A stretch of 64,000 bases of DNA from Alphaproteobacteria bacterium (lineage in GTDB: Bacteria; Pseudomonadota; Alphaproteobacteria; CALKHQ01), in assembly GCA_965227515.1 (NCBI GenBank), contig CBDDFZ010000001.1:2240001-2304000 (forward strand), read 5' to 3'. The position numbers and the translations under genes are program-made. The notes beneath the pieces are model-generated. The model saw only the letters and a program-made list of their open reading frames with translations, was not told where the DNA came from and made no database searches. Shown piece by piece: positions 33,392 through 43,217 of the stretch. Positions within the stretch are counted from its first letter, which is position 1. Every line of letters starts with the position of its first letter.

Positions 33392-34915
33392 TCATGCCGC
33401 TTTCGCCTCGCTCTCGGCTTTCCGTGCCGGCGCCTTGTGCTCCTTGAAGCGGCTCAGCGCCATCACCACACGCAGGCCCGGGTTGTTGTCTTCCAGCCGC
33501 AGGTCCGCCTTGTGCAGCCCTGCCACCGCGGACACCATGCTGAGTCCCAGCCCATGCCCCGGTGTCGAGCGGCTGGGATCGAGCCGGATCGACCGGTTCA
33601 GCACGCGTTCGTGCGCATGCTCGGGGATCCCCATGCCGTCGTCGGCCACGATCAATTCAACCGTGTCGCCGGAGCGGCGGGATTCAAGCACGATGGTCCG
33701 GCCGCCGCTAGCATATTTGATGGCGTTATCGATCAAGTTGCTGACCGCTTGCAAGAGTAACTGGCGATGGCCCCGCACCAGCGCACCGGGGCTGCTGTTG
33801 AGCACCAGCTTCATGCCTTCGTCCTCGACAACCGGCTCGAAAAGCTCCGCGACCTCGCTCAGCAGGTCGTTCAGGTCCAGTTGCTGCAACTGGCTGCGGA
33901 TCGTGCCCGACTCGACCTCGGCGATGTCGAGCAGCGCGTTGAAGACGCTGAGCAGGTCGTCGGCCTCCACGATGGTGCGCTCCACCACCTCGGCATAGTC
34001 GACATCGTCGCTGGGGCTGTTGGCCACCGCCTCCAGCCGCGCCTTCATCCGCGTCAGCGGGCTGCGCAGGTCGTGCGCGATGTTGTCGGTGACATCGCGA
34101 ATGCCGTCCATGAGCCGTTCGATCTGGTCCAACATGGCGTTCAGATTTGCCGAGAGCTGGTCGAACTCGTCGCCGCTGCCGTTCAGGGCGATCCGCTGCT
34201 TCAGGTCGCCCTGCATGATTCGCCCACTGGTCTTATTAATCGCCTCGATTCTGGCAATCATGCGGCGGCTGATGAAAACGCCCCCGGCAAGCCCCAGCAC
34301 CAGGGTGATACCCACCGACCAGCCGAGGGATTCCATCAGCAGCGAGCCGACGGCGGCGCGGTCGTACATATCGCGGCCGACCAGCAGGCGGAACTGGCCG
34401 GGTAGCACGAACGGCACCGCTTCGACGGGGTGGACCTCCTGCCGGTCCTCGTATTCGCGCAGAATATCGAACCGCACCCGCCGGTCCGCGTCCTCCGGCA
34501 CGTCGGGCCACGCGTCCAGATTGCCGGCCAGCACATTGTAGCCGGGGTCGGCCAGCACGTAGATGCTGTCGCCGCGGCGCTCCGGCGTGCTGCGCGCGGC
34601 CACCACCTGCACCAGGCCGATCATGCCGGATTTTTCGAAGTGCTCGGCCAGGCTGTCGATTTCGGCGCGCAGGGTCGCCTCTGTCTGGCGGTCGATGAAA
34701 TTGACCGTCGTCCAGTAGATGAACCCCAAAAGGATCAGCACCGAAATGCCGAACACCAGGACATAAAGTACCGCCAGGCGAAAGGCGGTGGTGTGGAAGA
34801 GCCTAGCCTTCGGCGCTAAGCCGGTATCCTGCCCCTCGGACCGTGTGAAGAATCGCCGTCGGGAAGTCCCGGTCGACCTTTTGTCGAAGTCTGCTGATGT
34901 GGACGTCGATGACAT
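33392..34915 (-). CDS. Membrane HAMP sensor histidine kinase (start uncertain)
   Basis: Two TM segments, HAMP (GDEFDQL), IAHDLRSPL, NLIDNAIKY, DDGMGI, GHGLGL. Confidence 0.9.
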   Translation of the reverse strand: MSSTSTSADFDKRSTGTSRRRFFTRSEGQDTGLAPKARLFHTTAFRLAVLYVLVFGISVLILLGFIYWTTVNFIDRQTEATLRAEIDSLAEHFEKSGMIGLVQVVAARSTPERRGDSIYVLADPGYNVLAGNLDAWPDVPEDADRRVRFDILREYEDRQEVHPVEAVPFVLPGQFRLLVGRDMYDRAAVGSLLMESLGWSVGITLVLGLAGGVFISRRMIARIEAINKTSGRIMQGDLKQRIALNGSGDEFDQLSANLNAMLDQIERLMDGIRDVTDNIAHDLRSPLTRMKARLEAVANSPSDDVDYAEVVERTIVEADDLLSVFNALLDIAEVESGTIRSQLQQLDLNDLLSEVAELFEPVVEDEGMKLVLNSSPGALVRGHRQLLLQAVSNLIDNAIKYASGGRTIVLESRRSGDTVELIVADDGMGIPEHAHERVLNRSIRLDPSRSTPGHGLGLSMVSAVAGLHKADLRLEDNNPGLRVVMALSRFKEHKAPARKAESEAKAA

Positions 34916-35483
34916 TCGTCTGTGGGTCGAAATGGTAGTTCCATACGCCTTCCAGCAGCATGGTGCGGGTCACCACCTGTCCGGCGTGGCGCATAAGATA
35001 CTCCAATAACTGGAATTCGCGTGGCTGCAAATGTATCTGCCGGCCGTCGCGCTTGACCGTGCGTGCCAGGAGATCGAGTTCGAGGTCGCCGACCGACAAC
35101 GAGGTGGCTTCAGCGCCGGAAGCCTCGGAGCGGCGGATCAGTGCCTCCAGCCGGGCCAGCAGTTCGGAAATCGCGTAGGGCTTGGGCAAGTAGTCGTCGC
35201 CGCCGGCGCGCAGCCCCGTCACCCGCTCGTCGACTTTGTCGAGCGCGCTGAGGATCAGCACCGGCGTCAGCTTGCCCTGGTCGCGCAGGCTGGAGATCAC
35301 GTCCAACCCGTTCATCTTCGGCAGCATCCGGTCGACGACCATGGCGTCGTAGCGCCGGCTCATCGCCATCTCCAGGCCCTGCTGACCGTCCGCCGCGTGG
35401 TCGACGACATAGCCGCTTTCCTGAAGGGCCTTGACGAGATGGGCTGCCGTTTCGCGGTCATCCTCGATAACTAGCATGCGCAT
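34803..35483 (-). CDS. OmpR-family response regulator
   Basis: MRMLVIEDD, VDRMLP, GGDDYLPKP, winged helix TNVIDVHISRLRQK..TVRGAGY. Confidence 0.95.
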   Translation of the reverse strand: MRMLVIEDDRETAAHLVKALQESGYVVDHAADGQQGLEMAMSRRYDAMVVDRMLPKMNGLDVISSLRDQGKLTPVLILSALDKVDERVTGLRAGGDDYLPKPYAISELLARLEALIRRSEASGAEATSLSVGDLELDLLARTVKRDGRQIHLQPREFQLLEYLMRHAGQVVTRTMLLEGVWNYHFDPQTNVIDVHISRLRQKVDRDFPTAILHTVRGAGYRLSAEG

Positions 35484-35614
35484 ATCTGGTCTTCTCCCTC
35501 TCACTCAGTGCGGCCGATGCGTGCCCCGCCTTCCTGATACCGGGGCCCATCTTGCGCCTTGTTCTACCAGTCCGTCCCCCAACGCACGCGGTCAGGCCTT
35601 CGCGTGAACCGCAT

Positions 35615-35652
35615 AAAAGCGGAGCCGCACCGACCTGTCGATGCGGCCCCGT
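35615..35652 (-). terminator. Terminator-like hairpin after the degP-like gene
   Basis: GCGGAGCCGCA...TGCGGCCCCGT stem with AAAA on the left (T-tract on the minus strand). Confidence 0.5.
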
Positions 35653-35679
35653 TGAAATCTGGCTGAACCGTTCGTCAGC

Positions 35680-37179
35680 CTATCCCTCGAACGGTACCGG
35701 CACGTACTGCGCACCGTCCGCACGCCGGATCAGCAACAGCACCGACGGGCGCCCGTCATCCTGCAGCGCCGAAATGCGGTCGCGCAGGTCGGCCGGAGTC
35801 TCGACCGGGTCCGGGCCGACCGCGGCAACGATATCGCCGATCTGCAGGCCGGCAGCTTCCGCCGTCGAGCCATGGCGGATATCGGTGATCATCACCCCGC
35901 CCAGGTTCGGGTCGTCGCTCGGCGCCATGTCGGCGTCGATCGCGCCAACCGCGATGCCCAGTGCCGGCAGCCGCACGGTCTCCGGATTGCTCGGGCGGCC
36001 GTTGTCGGGGCCGGCCAAGGCCAGGTCGCCCGGCAACGTGCCGATGTCGATGCTGCTGACGACGATCTCGCCATTGCGCCAGATCTCCAACTCGCCTTCG
36101 GAGCCGGGCGCGGTCATCGCCACCATGCGGGGCAGGTCGCGCATCGTATCCACGGTCTCGCCATTGAAGCCGATGATGACGTCGCCGGACTGCACGCCCG
36201 CCATGTCGGCCGGCCCGCCCGGGTTCACTTCGGACACCAGCGCGCCATAGGCCCGGTCCAGGCCCATCGCCTCCGCCACCTCGGGCGAAACATGCTGGAT
36301 GGTGACGCCAATGAAGCCGCGCTCCACGCCGCCGTCTTCCATCAGCGCGGCGATCACAGGCTCGGCCAGGCTTTGCGGCACGGCGAAACCGAGGCCGACA
36401 TTGCCGTTGGACGGCGTGTAGATCGCGGTGCTGACGCCGACGACGTTGCCGTTGATGTCGAACACCGGCCCGCCGGAGTTGCCCGGGTTGATGGAGGCGT
36501 CGAACTGCAGGTAGTCGTCATACGGGCCCGCGCGCAGGTCGCGGCCGGTGGCGGACAGGATGCCCGCGGTCACGGTGCCGGAGAAGCCGAACGGGCTGCC
36601 GACGGCGATGATCCAGTTGCCGATGCGCAGTCCCTCGCTGTCGCCCCACGCGACGGTCGGGAAGGTGCGGTCGGCGTCGATGTGGACCAGCGCCAGGTCG
36701 GTCCGCTCGTCGACACCGACGACGTCGGCCTCGTAGGACATGCCGTCGGGCAAAGTCACCGTCACCGTCTCGGCGCCATTGACCACGTGGTGGTTGGTGA
36801 CGACGTAGCCCTTCTCGTCAATGATGAAGCCGGAGCCGCTGCCGACGATCATGTCGGGCGGGTTGTTGCCATACTGTCCCGGGGCGCCGCCGTGCGGCGG
36901 CACGCCGAACTGATCGAAGAATTCCTGCCATTGCGGATCGTTCGGATAGCGCGGGAAGTTGTCCGGGTTGTTCACGCCAAGCTGGCGCGCCTCGATGGAG
37001 ATGTGCACCACGGCCGGCAGCACCTCCTCCACCACGTCGGCGAAATCGGGACCGATCGCGTCTGCCCAGCTTTCCTGCGGCATCGCGAACACGGAAACGA
37101 GACAAGCCGCCCCGAACAGGGCGGCGCCTGCGCCGGCCGCGAACCGCGGTTCCGACCGGACGCTCACTATGTGGCTCAT
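35680..37179 (-). CDS. degP: Do/DegP-family serine endoprotease with two PDZ domains
   Basis: GSGFII, VTNHHV, TDLAL, INPGNSGGP; AGGAG RBS. Confidence 0.92.
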   Translation of the reverse strand: MSHIVSVRSEPRFAAGAGAALFGAACLVSVFAMPQESWADAIGPDFADVVEEVLPAVVHISIEARQLGVNNPDNFPRYPNDPQWQEFFDQFGVPPHGGAPGQYGNNPPDMIVGSGSGFIIDEKGYVVTNHHVVNGAETVTVTLPDGMSYEADVVGVDERTDLALVHIDADRTFPTVAWGDSEGLRIGNWIIAVGSPFGFSGTVTAGILSATGRDLRAGPYDDYLQFDASINPGNSGGPVFDINGNVVGVSTAIYTPSNGNVGLGFAVPQSLAEPVIAALMEDGGVERGFIGVTIQHVSPEVAEAMGLDRAYGALVSEVNPGGPADMAGVQSGDVIIGFNGETVDTMRDLPRMVAMTAPGSEGELEIWRNGEIVVSSIDIGTLPGDLALAGPDNGRPSNPETVRLPALGIAVGAIDADMAPSDDPNLGGVMITDIRHGSTAEAAGLQIGDIVAAVGPDPVETPADLRDRISALQDDGRPSVLLLIRRADGAQYVPVPFEG

Positions 37180-37384
37180 TCGATACTCCTGCATCTGACT
37201 AGCCTGGTTACCCCTCTCCAGCACTCAAGCTGTGCCCACTTGGTGGCGGAAATGGGGTCGCAAGATGACCAGTTCCTGTCCGGGTCATGAAGGATTGTTC
37301 ATGATTTCTTAGGAATCCAGGCCCGCCGCGGCGCCCGGCTGTCATGAAATTTTGGCAATCTGTCAGGAGCAGGTGAATCTGCTT

Positions 37385-39790
37385 TCAGGCGGCCGAGATT
37401 GCCGGTGCCGAGTCCGCCTGGGTAAGGCATCTGGCGATGGTTTGCAGCAGCTCCGCGCGCCGGTACGGCTTGGCCAGATAGTCATCCATGCCGACCGCGA
37501 GGCAGGCTTCCCTGTCGCCCTTGATGGCATTGGCGGTCAGCCCGACGATCGGCACCATGCCCTTGGTCCCCGGCAATGCCCGGATCTGGCGCGTTGCGGC
37601 CATGCCGTCGACGCCCGGCATGTGCACGTCCATCAGGACCAGCGATATCGCGCCATTCCGCACCGCCTCCACGGCAGCCGCCCCATCCTCGGCGGGCACC
37701 ACAGTGTACCCGGCCTTGCGCAGCATGGCGGTTGCGACCAACCGGTTGGACGGGCTGTCCTCGGCCAGCAGGATCGTCGTGCCTGCGGCCACCGCCGGCG
37801 CCTCGGCCGGGCCGGGCGCGGCCGCGCGGGACACGGCTGCCTGCGGCTGGAATGCATCGATGACGTCCAGCGCCACCAGCGGCCGCGAGATACGGATGGC
37901 GTTGCCGACGTCCAGGTCGGCGGGTTTGCGCATGTGCGGCGTCATCGGCTCGATCAACACCAGGTGGTAGCCATGCGCGGTCGCGTGGCTGCTGAGTTGC
38001 TGCCACTGCTGGCGGTCGGCGATATCGTTGCGGTCGACGATCACGGCCAGCGGCATCGGGTCGCCGGAGCGGCGCCACAGCAGGTTCTCCACCACCGCTT
38101 CCAGGCGATTGGCGACCTGCACCGCGGCACCGTTGTCCGCCAGGGTTCGGCGCACGACGTCCGCGGTGAAGTTGCGGCTGCTGACGACGGAGATGTCGCG
38201 GCCGGCAACCATCGAACCGCGCGCCGGTGCGGGTTCCACCGGGCCGCTGAGTGCGCAGGTGAAGCGGAAGCGGCTGCCTTCGCCTGCTACGCTCCTCAGG
38301 GTGACGTCGCCACCCATGCGCTCGGCAATCTTGCGCGAAATGGCGAGGCCCAGTCCGGTGCCGCCGAACTGCCGCGCCAGCGAGCTGTCGGCCTGGCTGA
38401 ACGCATCGAAGATGCGGGCCTGGTCGGACGGCGCGATGCCGATGCCCGTATCCTCCACCTCGAACGACAGGACCCGGGTGCCGTTGTTGCGCGCGGCAAG
38501 GTCGACATGGACCGCAATGCCGCCCACCTGGGTGAACTTGACCGCATTGTTCACCAGGTTGAGCAGGACCTGGCGGATATGGTCGTGGTCGCCGGTCACC
38601 GTGCCCGCGGCGGCCTGGGAGATGTAGGCGCAGACGTCCAGGTTCTTCTTTTCCGCCGCCAGGGCCTGGGTGGCCAGCACGTCGCGCACCACCACGGCGG
38701 GCTGGAACGGACGCTCTTCCAGGGTCACCTCGCGCGATTCCAGGCGCGACAGGTCCAGGATGTCGTTGACCAGCGCACGCAGGCATTCGCCGCAGCTTTC
38801 GGCAGTGTCGATATAGGTCTTCTGTTCCGCCGTCGGGTTGGTGTCGCGCAGCAAGGTGGTCGCGCCTAGCAGGCCGTTGATCGGGGTGCGGATCTCGTGG
38901 CTGACCGCGGCCAGGAACTCGGACTTGGCCTGGTTCGCCGCCTCGGCGCGGTCGATCGCCTCTTTCAGCTTGCTTTCCGCCTGCTCGGCGGTGGCGAGCG
39001 CTGCGCGGGCGCGGCGGCCCTCGCGCAACAGCATGTTGGCGATCAGTGCACCGGACACGACGATGCCGCCGAAGCTGAGCAGCAGGCGGAAGATCAGCGT
39101 GTCCAGATTGTCGTCCAGGGCTGCCTGGCGCGCGGTGGCGATGGCGCCGACGGTGGCGGTCAGCTCTTCCTGGTTGTCGTCAAGGAAGGTGATCAGGCCG
39201 GTCAGCGCCAGCGGGTCGATGCTAGTCTCGTCGATGACGACGGCATCGACACGGTCCAGCGTGGCTTGCAGCACGCATGCTTCCCCGTTCGCGCCGCAGG
39301 CCGCCGCATTGGGATCGGTCGCGGCGAGGTCGCGGAGATGTGCGCTCAGCTCGCGCAGGATCTCGATGGTCGCCGGTGCGTCGACGGTGCCGTCGGGACC
39401 GGGGGGCGAGGTGCCAACCAGCTCCAACAGTGAAATGTTGACCTGGTACATGGCGCTGTTCGGGTCCTGCGCCACGTCCTGTTCCAGCAGGCGCTCGGTC
39501 AGCAGCACACGGGCCATCGACGTCAGGATGAAGACCGCGAACACCGCGATGGCGACGGTGAGCAGCCACATCGGGTAGCCGCCGGCAATGCCCCGCTTCG
39601 CGCCGTTCGGCTTGCTGGTGGCCGCTGCCTCGGCCGCGACTTTCTCAGCCGCCGCCGCGGCGGCGCCCCGTCCGCCGGGATCGCCGAGCGTCGGCAAGCC
39701 GTCGTGTGCCGCGTCAGCTTGCGCCGCAGCCGTGCGTGACCGGCCATGTCGCGCCCCGCCATTCCGAGACCTGGACAGTATTTGAAGCAT
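37385..39790 (-). CDS. Membrane hybrid histidine kinase (degenerate REC plus REC)
   Basis: Two TM segments, FLAAVSHEIRTPING, NLVNNAVKFT, DTGIGI, GGTGLGL, LMDVHMP. Confidence 0.9.
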   Translation of the reverse strand: MLQILSRSRNGGARHGRSRTAAAQADAAHDGLPTLGDPGGRGAAAAAAEKVAAEAAATSKPNGAKRGIAGGYPMWLLTVAIAVFAVFILTSMARVLLTERLLEQDVAQDPNSAMYQVNISLLELVGTSPPGPDGTVDAPATIEILRELSAHLRDLAATDPNAAACGANGEACVLQATLDRVDAVVIDETSIDPLALTGLITFLDDNQEELTATVGAIATARQAALDDNLDTLIFRLLLSFGGIVVSGALIANMLLREGRRARAALATAEQAESKLKEAIDRAEAANQAKSEFLAAVSHEIRTPINGLLGATTLLRDTNPTAEQKTYIDTAESCGECLRALVNDILDLSRLESREVTLEERPFQPAVVVRDVLATQALAAEKKNLDVCAYISQAAAGTVTGDHDHIRQVLLNLVNNAVKFTQVGGIAVHVDLAARNNGTRVLSFEVEDTGIGIAPSDQARIFDAFSQADSSLARQFGGTGLGLAISRKIAERMGGDVTLRSVAGEGSRFRFTCALSGPVEPAPARGSMVAGRDISVVSSRNFTADVVRRTLADNGAAVQVANRLEAVVENLLWRRSGDPMPLAVIVDRNDIADRQQWQQLSSHATAHGYHLVLIEPMTPHMRKPADLDVGNAIRISRPLVALDVIDAFQPQAAVSRAAAPGPAEAPAVAAGTTILLAEDSPSNRLVATAMLRKAGYTVVPAEDGAAAVEAVRNGAISLVLMDVHMPGVDGMAATRQIRALPGTKGMVPIVGLTANAIKGDREACLAVGMDDYLAKPYRRAELLQTIARCLTQADSAPAISAA

Positions 39791-39908
39791 TGCCGCTACC
39801 CGCCGCCGCGTTAACCTTAACGCAGCCTAAGCAATTATTATCAAATGATTAATTCAATATATGAGGGGGTCGCGCAAAATGCAATGCAAACAAGTATCCG
39901 CGCGGGTT

Positions 39909-40292
39909 TCAGCCAGTGGTTGTGCGGGTGTGCTGACGGAGCCAGCTGTCCAACAAGCCGTGGCTGATGCTCAGATTCTCGTATGCGCGCGAGAGGAACT
40001 GCCAAACTTCTTCGGCGTCCGCAGTGATCTCAATGCCGTTGAGTGCGAGAAATCGAAACATCGATGAGAATGCGGTTCTCTTATTTCCATCGATGAACGG
40101 GTGGTTCTGCGACAAGCTTTCCCAAAGTGCGGCCGCTTCCGCCACCAGGTCCGGATAGTAGCCGGCCTGAGGTCTCGCCACGGCGGCTTCGAGCTGTGCG
40201 AGGTCACGGATACCTTCCGCTCCGCCGTAGCGCTCAATCTGATCCGCGTGGATGTCCAGGACATCGCCTACCGTCAGGTAGTCAGTCGTCAC
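39909..40292 (-). CDS. doc: Doc/Fic-family toxin
   Basis: GGAEGIRD and HPFIDGNKRTA motifs. Confidence 0.9.
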   Translation of the reverse strand: MTTDYLTVGDVLDIHADQIERYGGAEGIRDLAQLEAAVARPQAGYYPDLVAEAAALWESLSQNHPFIDGNKRTAFSSMFRFLALNGIEITADAEEVWQFLSRAYENLSISHGLLDSWLRQHTRTTTG

Positions 40293-40525
40293 CGTGCAAG
40301 TTTCTCATACAGGGATGCGAAGCGTGCGTGATCGGTTTCGGCGATTTTGGCTAGGCGCAGCCTTCTGACCTCCTGATCGGTCAGGCGCTGGTACTCATCG
40401 AAATTCATCACGACGCGCGTGGGTCGGTCACCATCGGTAATGATGACCGGCCCGTCCTCCGCATCGTGCAGATAACGCTCGGTGTCGCTGCTGAACTGCT
40501 TGGACGACACCTTGATCGGATCCAT
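40289..40525 (-). CDS. Phd/YefM-family antitoxin
   Basis: GPVIITDGDRPTRVVMNFDEYQRL; overlaps the toxin start by GTGA; GGAGG RBS. Confidence 0.82.
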   Translation of the reverse strand: MDPIKVSSKQFSSDTERYLHDAEDGPVIITDGDRPTRVVMNFDEYQRLTDQEVRRLRLAKIAETDHARFASLYEKLAR

Positions 40526-40575
40526 GGCCTGTCTCCCTCCAATGGCCCGAATCCTAGGGCGTTTCGATTGCCGCC

Positions 40576-41223
40576 TCAATTGGAGATCGCGACCGCGCGA
40601 CCGTGGTAGCGCGCATCTTCGAGCTGGCGGGTCAGGAACGCGGCCACGTCCGCCCGTGAGATCTTCAGCTTCAGGCCGCGCGCGCTGGGGGGGATATTCT
40701 CCCTGTAGGCGCCAGTGGCCGGGTCGTCGGTGAGCGCGCCAGGGCGCACGATGGTCCAGTCGAGCCCGCTCTCGCGCACCAGCGTCTCTTGCAGCTCGTG
40801 GTCGAGGAACACCGGGCGCAGCAACAGCCCGAACATGATCCGCTTCCAGAAGAAGTTGAGGTTGCTCCAGCTCTCGTGCGCGCCCAGCGTCGTCTGGGCG
40901 ATCAGGCGGCGGATGCCATGGGTCCGCATGGCGGCGATGACGTTGCGGGTGCCTTCCGAGCGAATGCGGCTGCTGCGCGACGCCCCGGCGCCCAGCACGA
41001 TGACCGCCGCATCATGGCCGCGTACGGCCTCGGCCACGGCCTGCGCGTCGTGCGCATCGACACTGATCCGGTCGAGAGCGGGGTGCTGAAGGTCCAGCCG
41101 GTCGGGGTTGCGGGCGGCGGCGGTGACGCGGTGCCCTGCGTTCAGCAGGTCGGCGACGGCGAGGCGGCCGACGCTGCCGGTGGCGCCGAAGACGATGACA
41201 CGCTGGCTGGTTGTTTCGTGCAT
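40576..41223 (-). CDS. NAD(P)-binding oxidoreductase (BVR-B/atypical SDR-like)
   Basis: IVFGATGSVG, LDWTIVRPG, ISRADVA. Confidence 0.9.
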   Translation of the reverse strand: MHETTSQRVIVFGATGSVGRLAVADLLNAGHRVTAAARNPDRLDLQHPALDRISVDAHDAQAVAEAVRGHDAAVIVLGAGASRSSRIRSEGTRNVIAAMRTHGIRRLIAQTTLGAHESWSNLNFFWKRIMFGLLLRPVFLDHELQETLVRESGLDWTIVRPGALTDDPATGAYRENIPPSARGLKLKISRADVAAFLTRQLEDARYHGRAVAISN

Positions 41224-41262
41224 GGCTGGGTCTCCTTCTGTCTGGCTTGGGTTCGAGGTGTG

Positions 41263-41321
41263 CTTGACACCGTGTCAAGTTGACATTGTGTCAAATAGGC
41301 TTAGCTTGACATCATGTCAAG
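41263..41321. promoter_or_regulatory. Three tandem palindromic operators TTGACA-N3-TGTCAA (putative TetR sites)
   Basis: 41264-41278, 41280-41294, 41306-41320; the third spans the TetR ATG. Confidence 0.8.
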
Positions 41322-41901
41322 CGATAAATCCGATACCCGAACCCGAATTCTGGAGGCGGCCTGGAAACTGCTGGAGGCCAACACCGGTGGCGAGCGTATG
41401 GCCGACATCGCCAAGGCGGCCGGAATCAGCCGCCAGGCGCTCTACCTGCATTTTCCAAACCGGGCCGATCTGCTGATCGCGACGACCCGCTACATCGATG
41501 TGGTGAAGGACGTTGATGCCCGGCTGGCGCCCAGCCGCGCCGCGGCAACGGGTGCCGCGCGCCTGGATGCGTACATCGCGGCGTGGGGCAACTACATTCC
41601 CGAGATATTCGGGGTGGCCCGCGCGCTGATGGCGATGCAGGACACGGACGAGGAGGCCAGGCGCGCCTGGGCCGACCGCATGCAGGCGATGCGCCAGGGG
41701 TGCGCTGCGGCGGTGGCCGCCATCGCGCGGGACGGTCGGCTGACGCCAGGACTGGCCGAGGATCGCGCGACTGACCTGCTTTGGACGCTTCTATCGGTCA
41801 CCAACTGGGCGCAGCTCACCCGGGACTGCGGCTGGCCGCAGGAAGACTACATTGCTGAGATGACGTCACTGGCGCGCAGTGCGCTGTTGTCGGGCGGCTA
41901 A
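41314..41901 (+). CDS. TetR/AcrR-family regulator
   Basis: TRTRILEAA..MADIAKAAGISRQALYLHF helix-turn-helix. Confidence 0.95.
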   Translation: MSSDKSDTRTRILEAAWKLLEANTGGERMADIAKAAGISRQALYLHFPNRADLLIATTRYIDVVKDVDARLAPSRAAATGAARLDAYIAAWGNYIPEIFGVARALMAMQDTDEEARRAWADRMQAMRQGCAAAVAAIARDGRLTPGLAEDRATDLLWTLLSVTNWAQLTRDCGWPQEDYIAEMTSLARSALLSGG

Positions 41902-43028
41902 GTTAGCGCCGCGCGCACCACGTTCCGCACCTCGCTGCGCACGTCGCCCTCGTTCGGTGGGTCGGCCAGGGTGTCGAACCAGTGGGCGGGCGGATTGCGG
42001 CCGGCGGCCCGCGCCCAGGTGAGCTGGCGCAGCACGTGCTCGGCGCGGTCCGGCAGTGCGTCGGGGATGTCGAGGTCGTTCAACACGGCCCAAACGCCCG
42101 TCCAGGCCCGCGCCACCGACCAGGGATTGTAGCCGCCGCCGCCCAGCACCAGCAGGCGCGGTGCCATGTGCTTCAGCGCGCGGACCGCCTCCCACAGCGC
42201 ATTGTTGGAGAGCGATAGCTTCGACATCGGGTCGTCGGCCAGGCCATCGGCACCGCACTGGATGACCAGTGCCTCGGGGTTCATGTCGCTGACCAGCGGC
42301 AGGATCGCCTCGTCGACGATGTAGCGCAGTTCGGTATCGTTGAATGCGGGCGGCACCGGCAGGTTGCGCACCTGCGTGCCCGCGCGCTCGTCGGCGTTGC
42401 CGGTGAACGGCCAGCGCCCGCCCTCGTGCACCGAGATCGTCAGCACCCGGTCGTCGCCGGCGAACGCCGCCTCTACGCCGTCGCCATGGTGGGCGTCGAC
42501 GTCGACATAGGCGATGCGGTCGAGCCCCTGGTCCAGCATGCCAAGGATCGCCAGCACCGGGTCGTTGAAGTAGCAGAAGCCGCTTGCCCGGTCGGCGCGG
42601 CCATGGTGGGTGCCGCCGGCGGGGCTGTGGATGACGCCGCCGTCGCGGAGCAGGCCCGCGGCCAGGATCGAGGCACCGGCGGCGGTCGCCGGCCTGCGGA
42701 ACATCTCGCCGAACACCGGGTTGTCGATCTTGCCGAGGTTGTAGCGCTCCTTCCGCTCGGGCGTGACCTGCTGGGTCTCCTCGGCCTCCTGCACCGCCGT
42801 GATGTAGGCGCGGTCGTGGAAGCGGGCGAGCTGATCGACGGTCGCCATCGGGCTGTCGATGTAGCGGTCGTCATCCAGCCAGCCGAGCGCGCGGCACAGG
42901 TCGATGGTGGTCGACACCCGCGGGATCGCCAGCGGATGGCGCTTGCCGTAGGACGACAGCCGGTAGATGTCGCTGCCGATCAAGCGCGGCGGATGGGACG
43001 GGGTCGGTGAGGGCGCGGGCGAGGTCAT
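41898..43028 (-). CDS. acuC: AcuC / histone-deacetylase-family protein
   Basis: GGTHH, ASGFCYFND, VDVDAHHGDG, QCGAD, GGGGY. Confidence 0.88.
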   Translation of the reverse strand: MTSPAPSPTPSHPPRLIGSDIYRLSSYGKRHPLAIPRVSTTIDLCRALGWLDDDRYIDSPMATVDQLARFHDRAYITAVQEAEETQQVTPERKERYNLGKIDNPVFGEMFRRPATAAGASILAAGLLRDGGVIHSPAGGTHHGRADRASGFCYFNDPVLAILGMLDQGLDRIAYVDVDAHHGDGVEAAFAGDDRVLTISVHEGGRWPFTGNADERAGTQVRNLPVPPAFNDTELRYIVDEAILPLVSDMNPEALVIQCGADGLADDPMSKLSLSNNALWEAVRALKHMAPRLLVLGGGGYNPWSVARAWTGVWAVLNDLDIPDALPDRAEHVLRQLTWARAAGRNPPAHWFDTLADPPNEGDVRSEVRNVVRAALT

Positions 43029-43126
43029 TGGGCGGAGGTAGCAGGCCAGCCCGCGCTGTCAATCGTCAACGCCTCTTGCACCATCGCCTCTTGCCAAGTG
43101 CCGCATTCCGCCCCATCCTTGTCTCG

Positions 43127-43217
43127 ACACCTGGGGGAGCCGCTTGGCGGCTGAGAGGTCCACACGGGACGACCCCTTGAACCTGATCCGGCTAGGACCG
43201 GCGTAGGGATGCGTGTG
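43127..43217 (+). ncRNA. TPP riboswitch
   Basis: GGGGAGC..GCTGAGAG..GACCC-TTGAACCTGATCCGG..CCGGCGTAGGGA consensus upstream of ThiXYZ-like genes. Confidence 0.93.

Noticed and set aside
39811-39853. CtrA boxes (also near 12509-12518)
   Set aside because: TTAA half-sites are present but not with the TTAA-N7-TTAA spacing.
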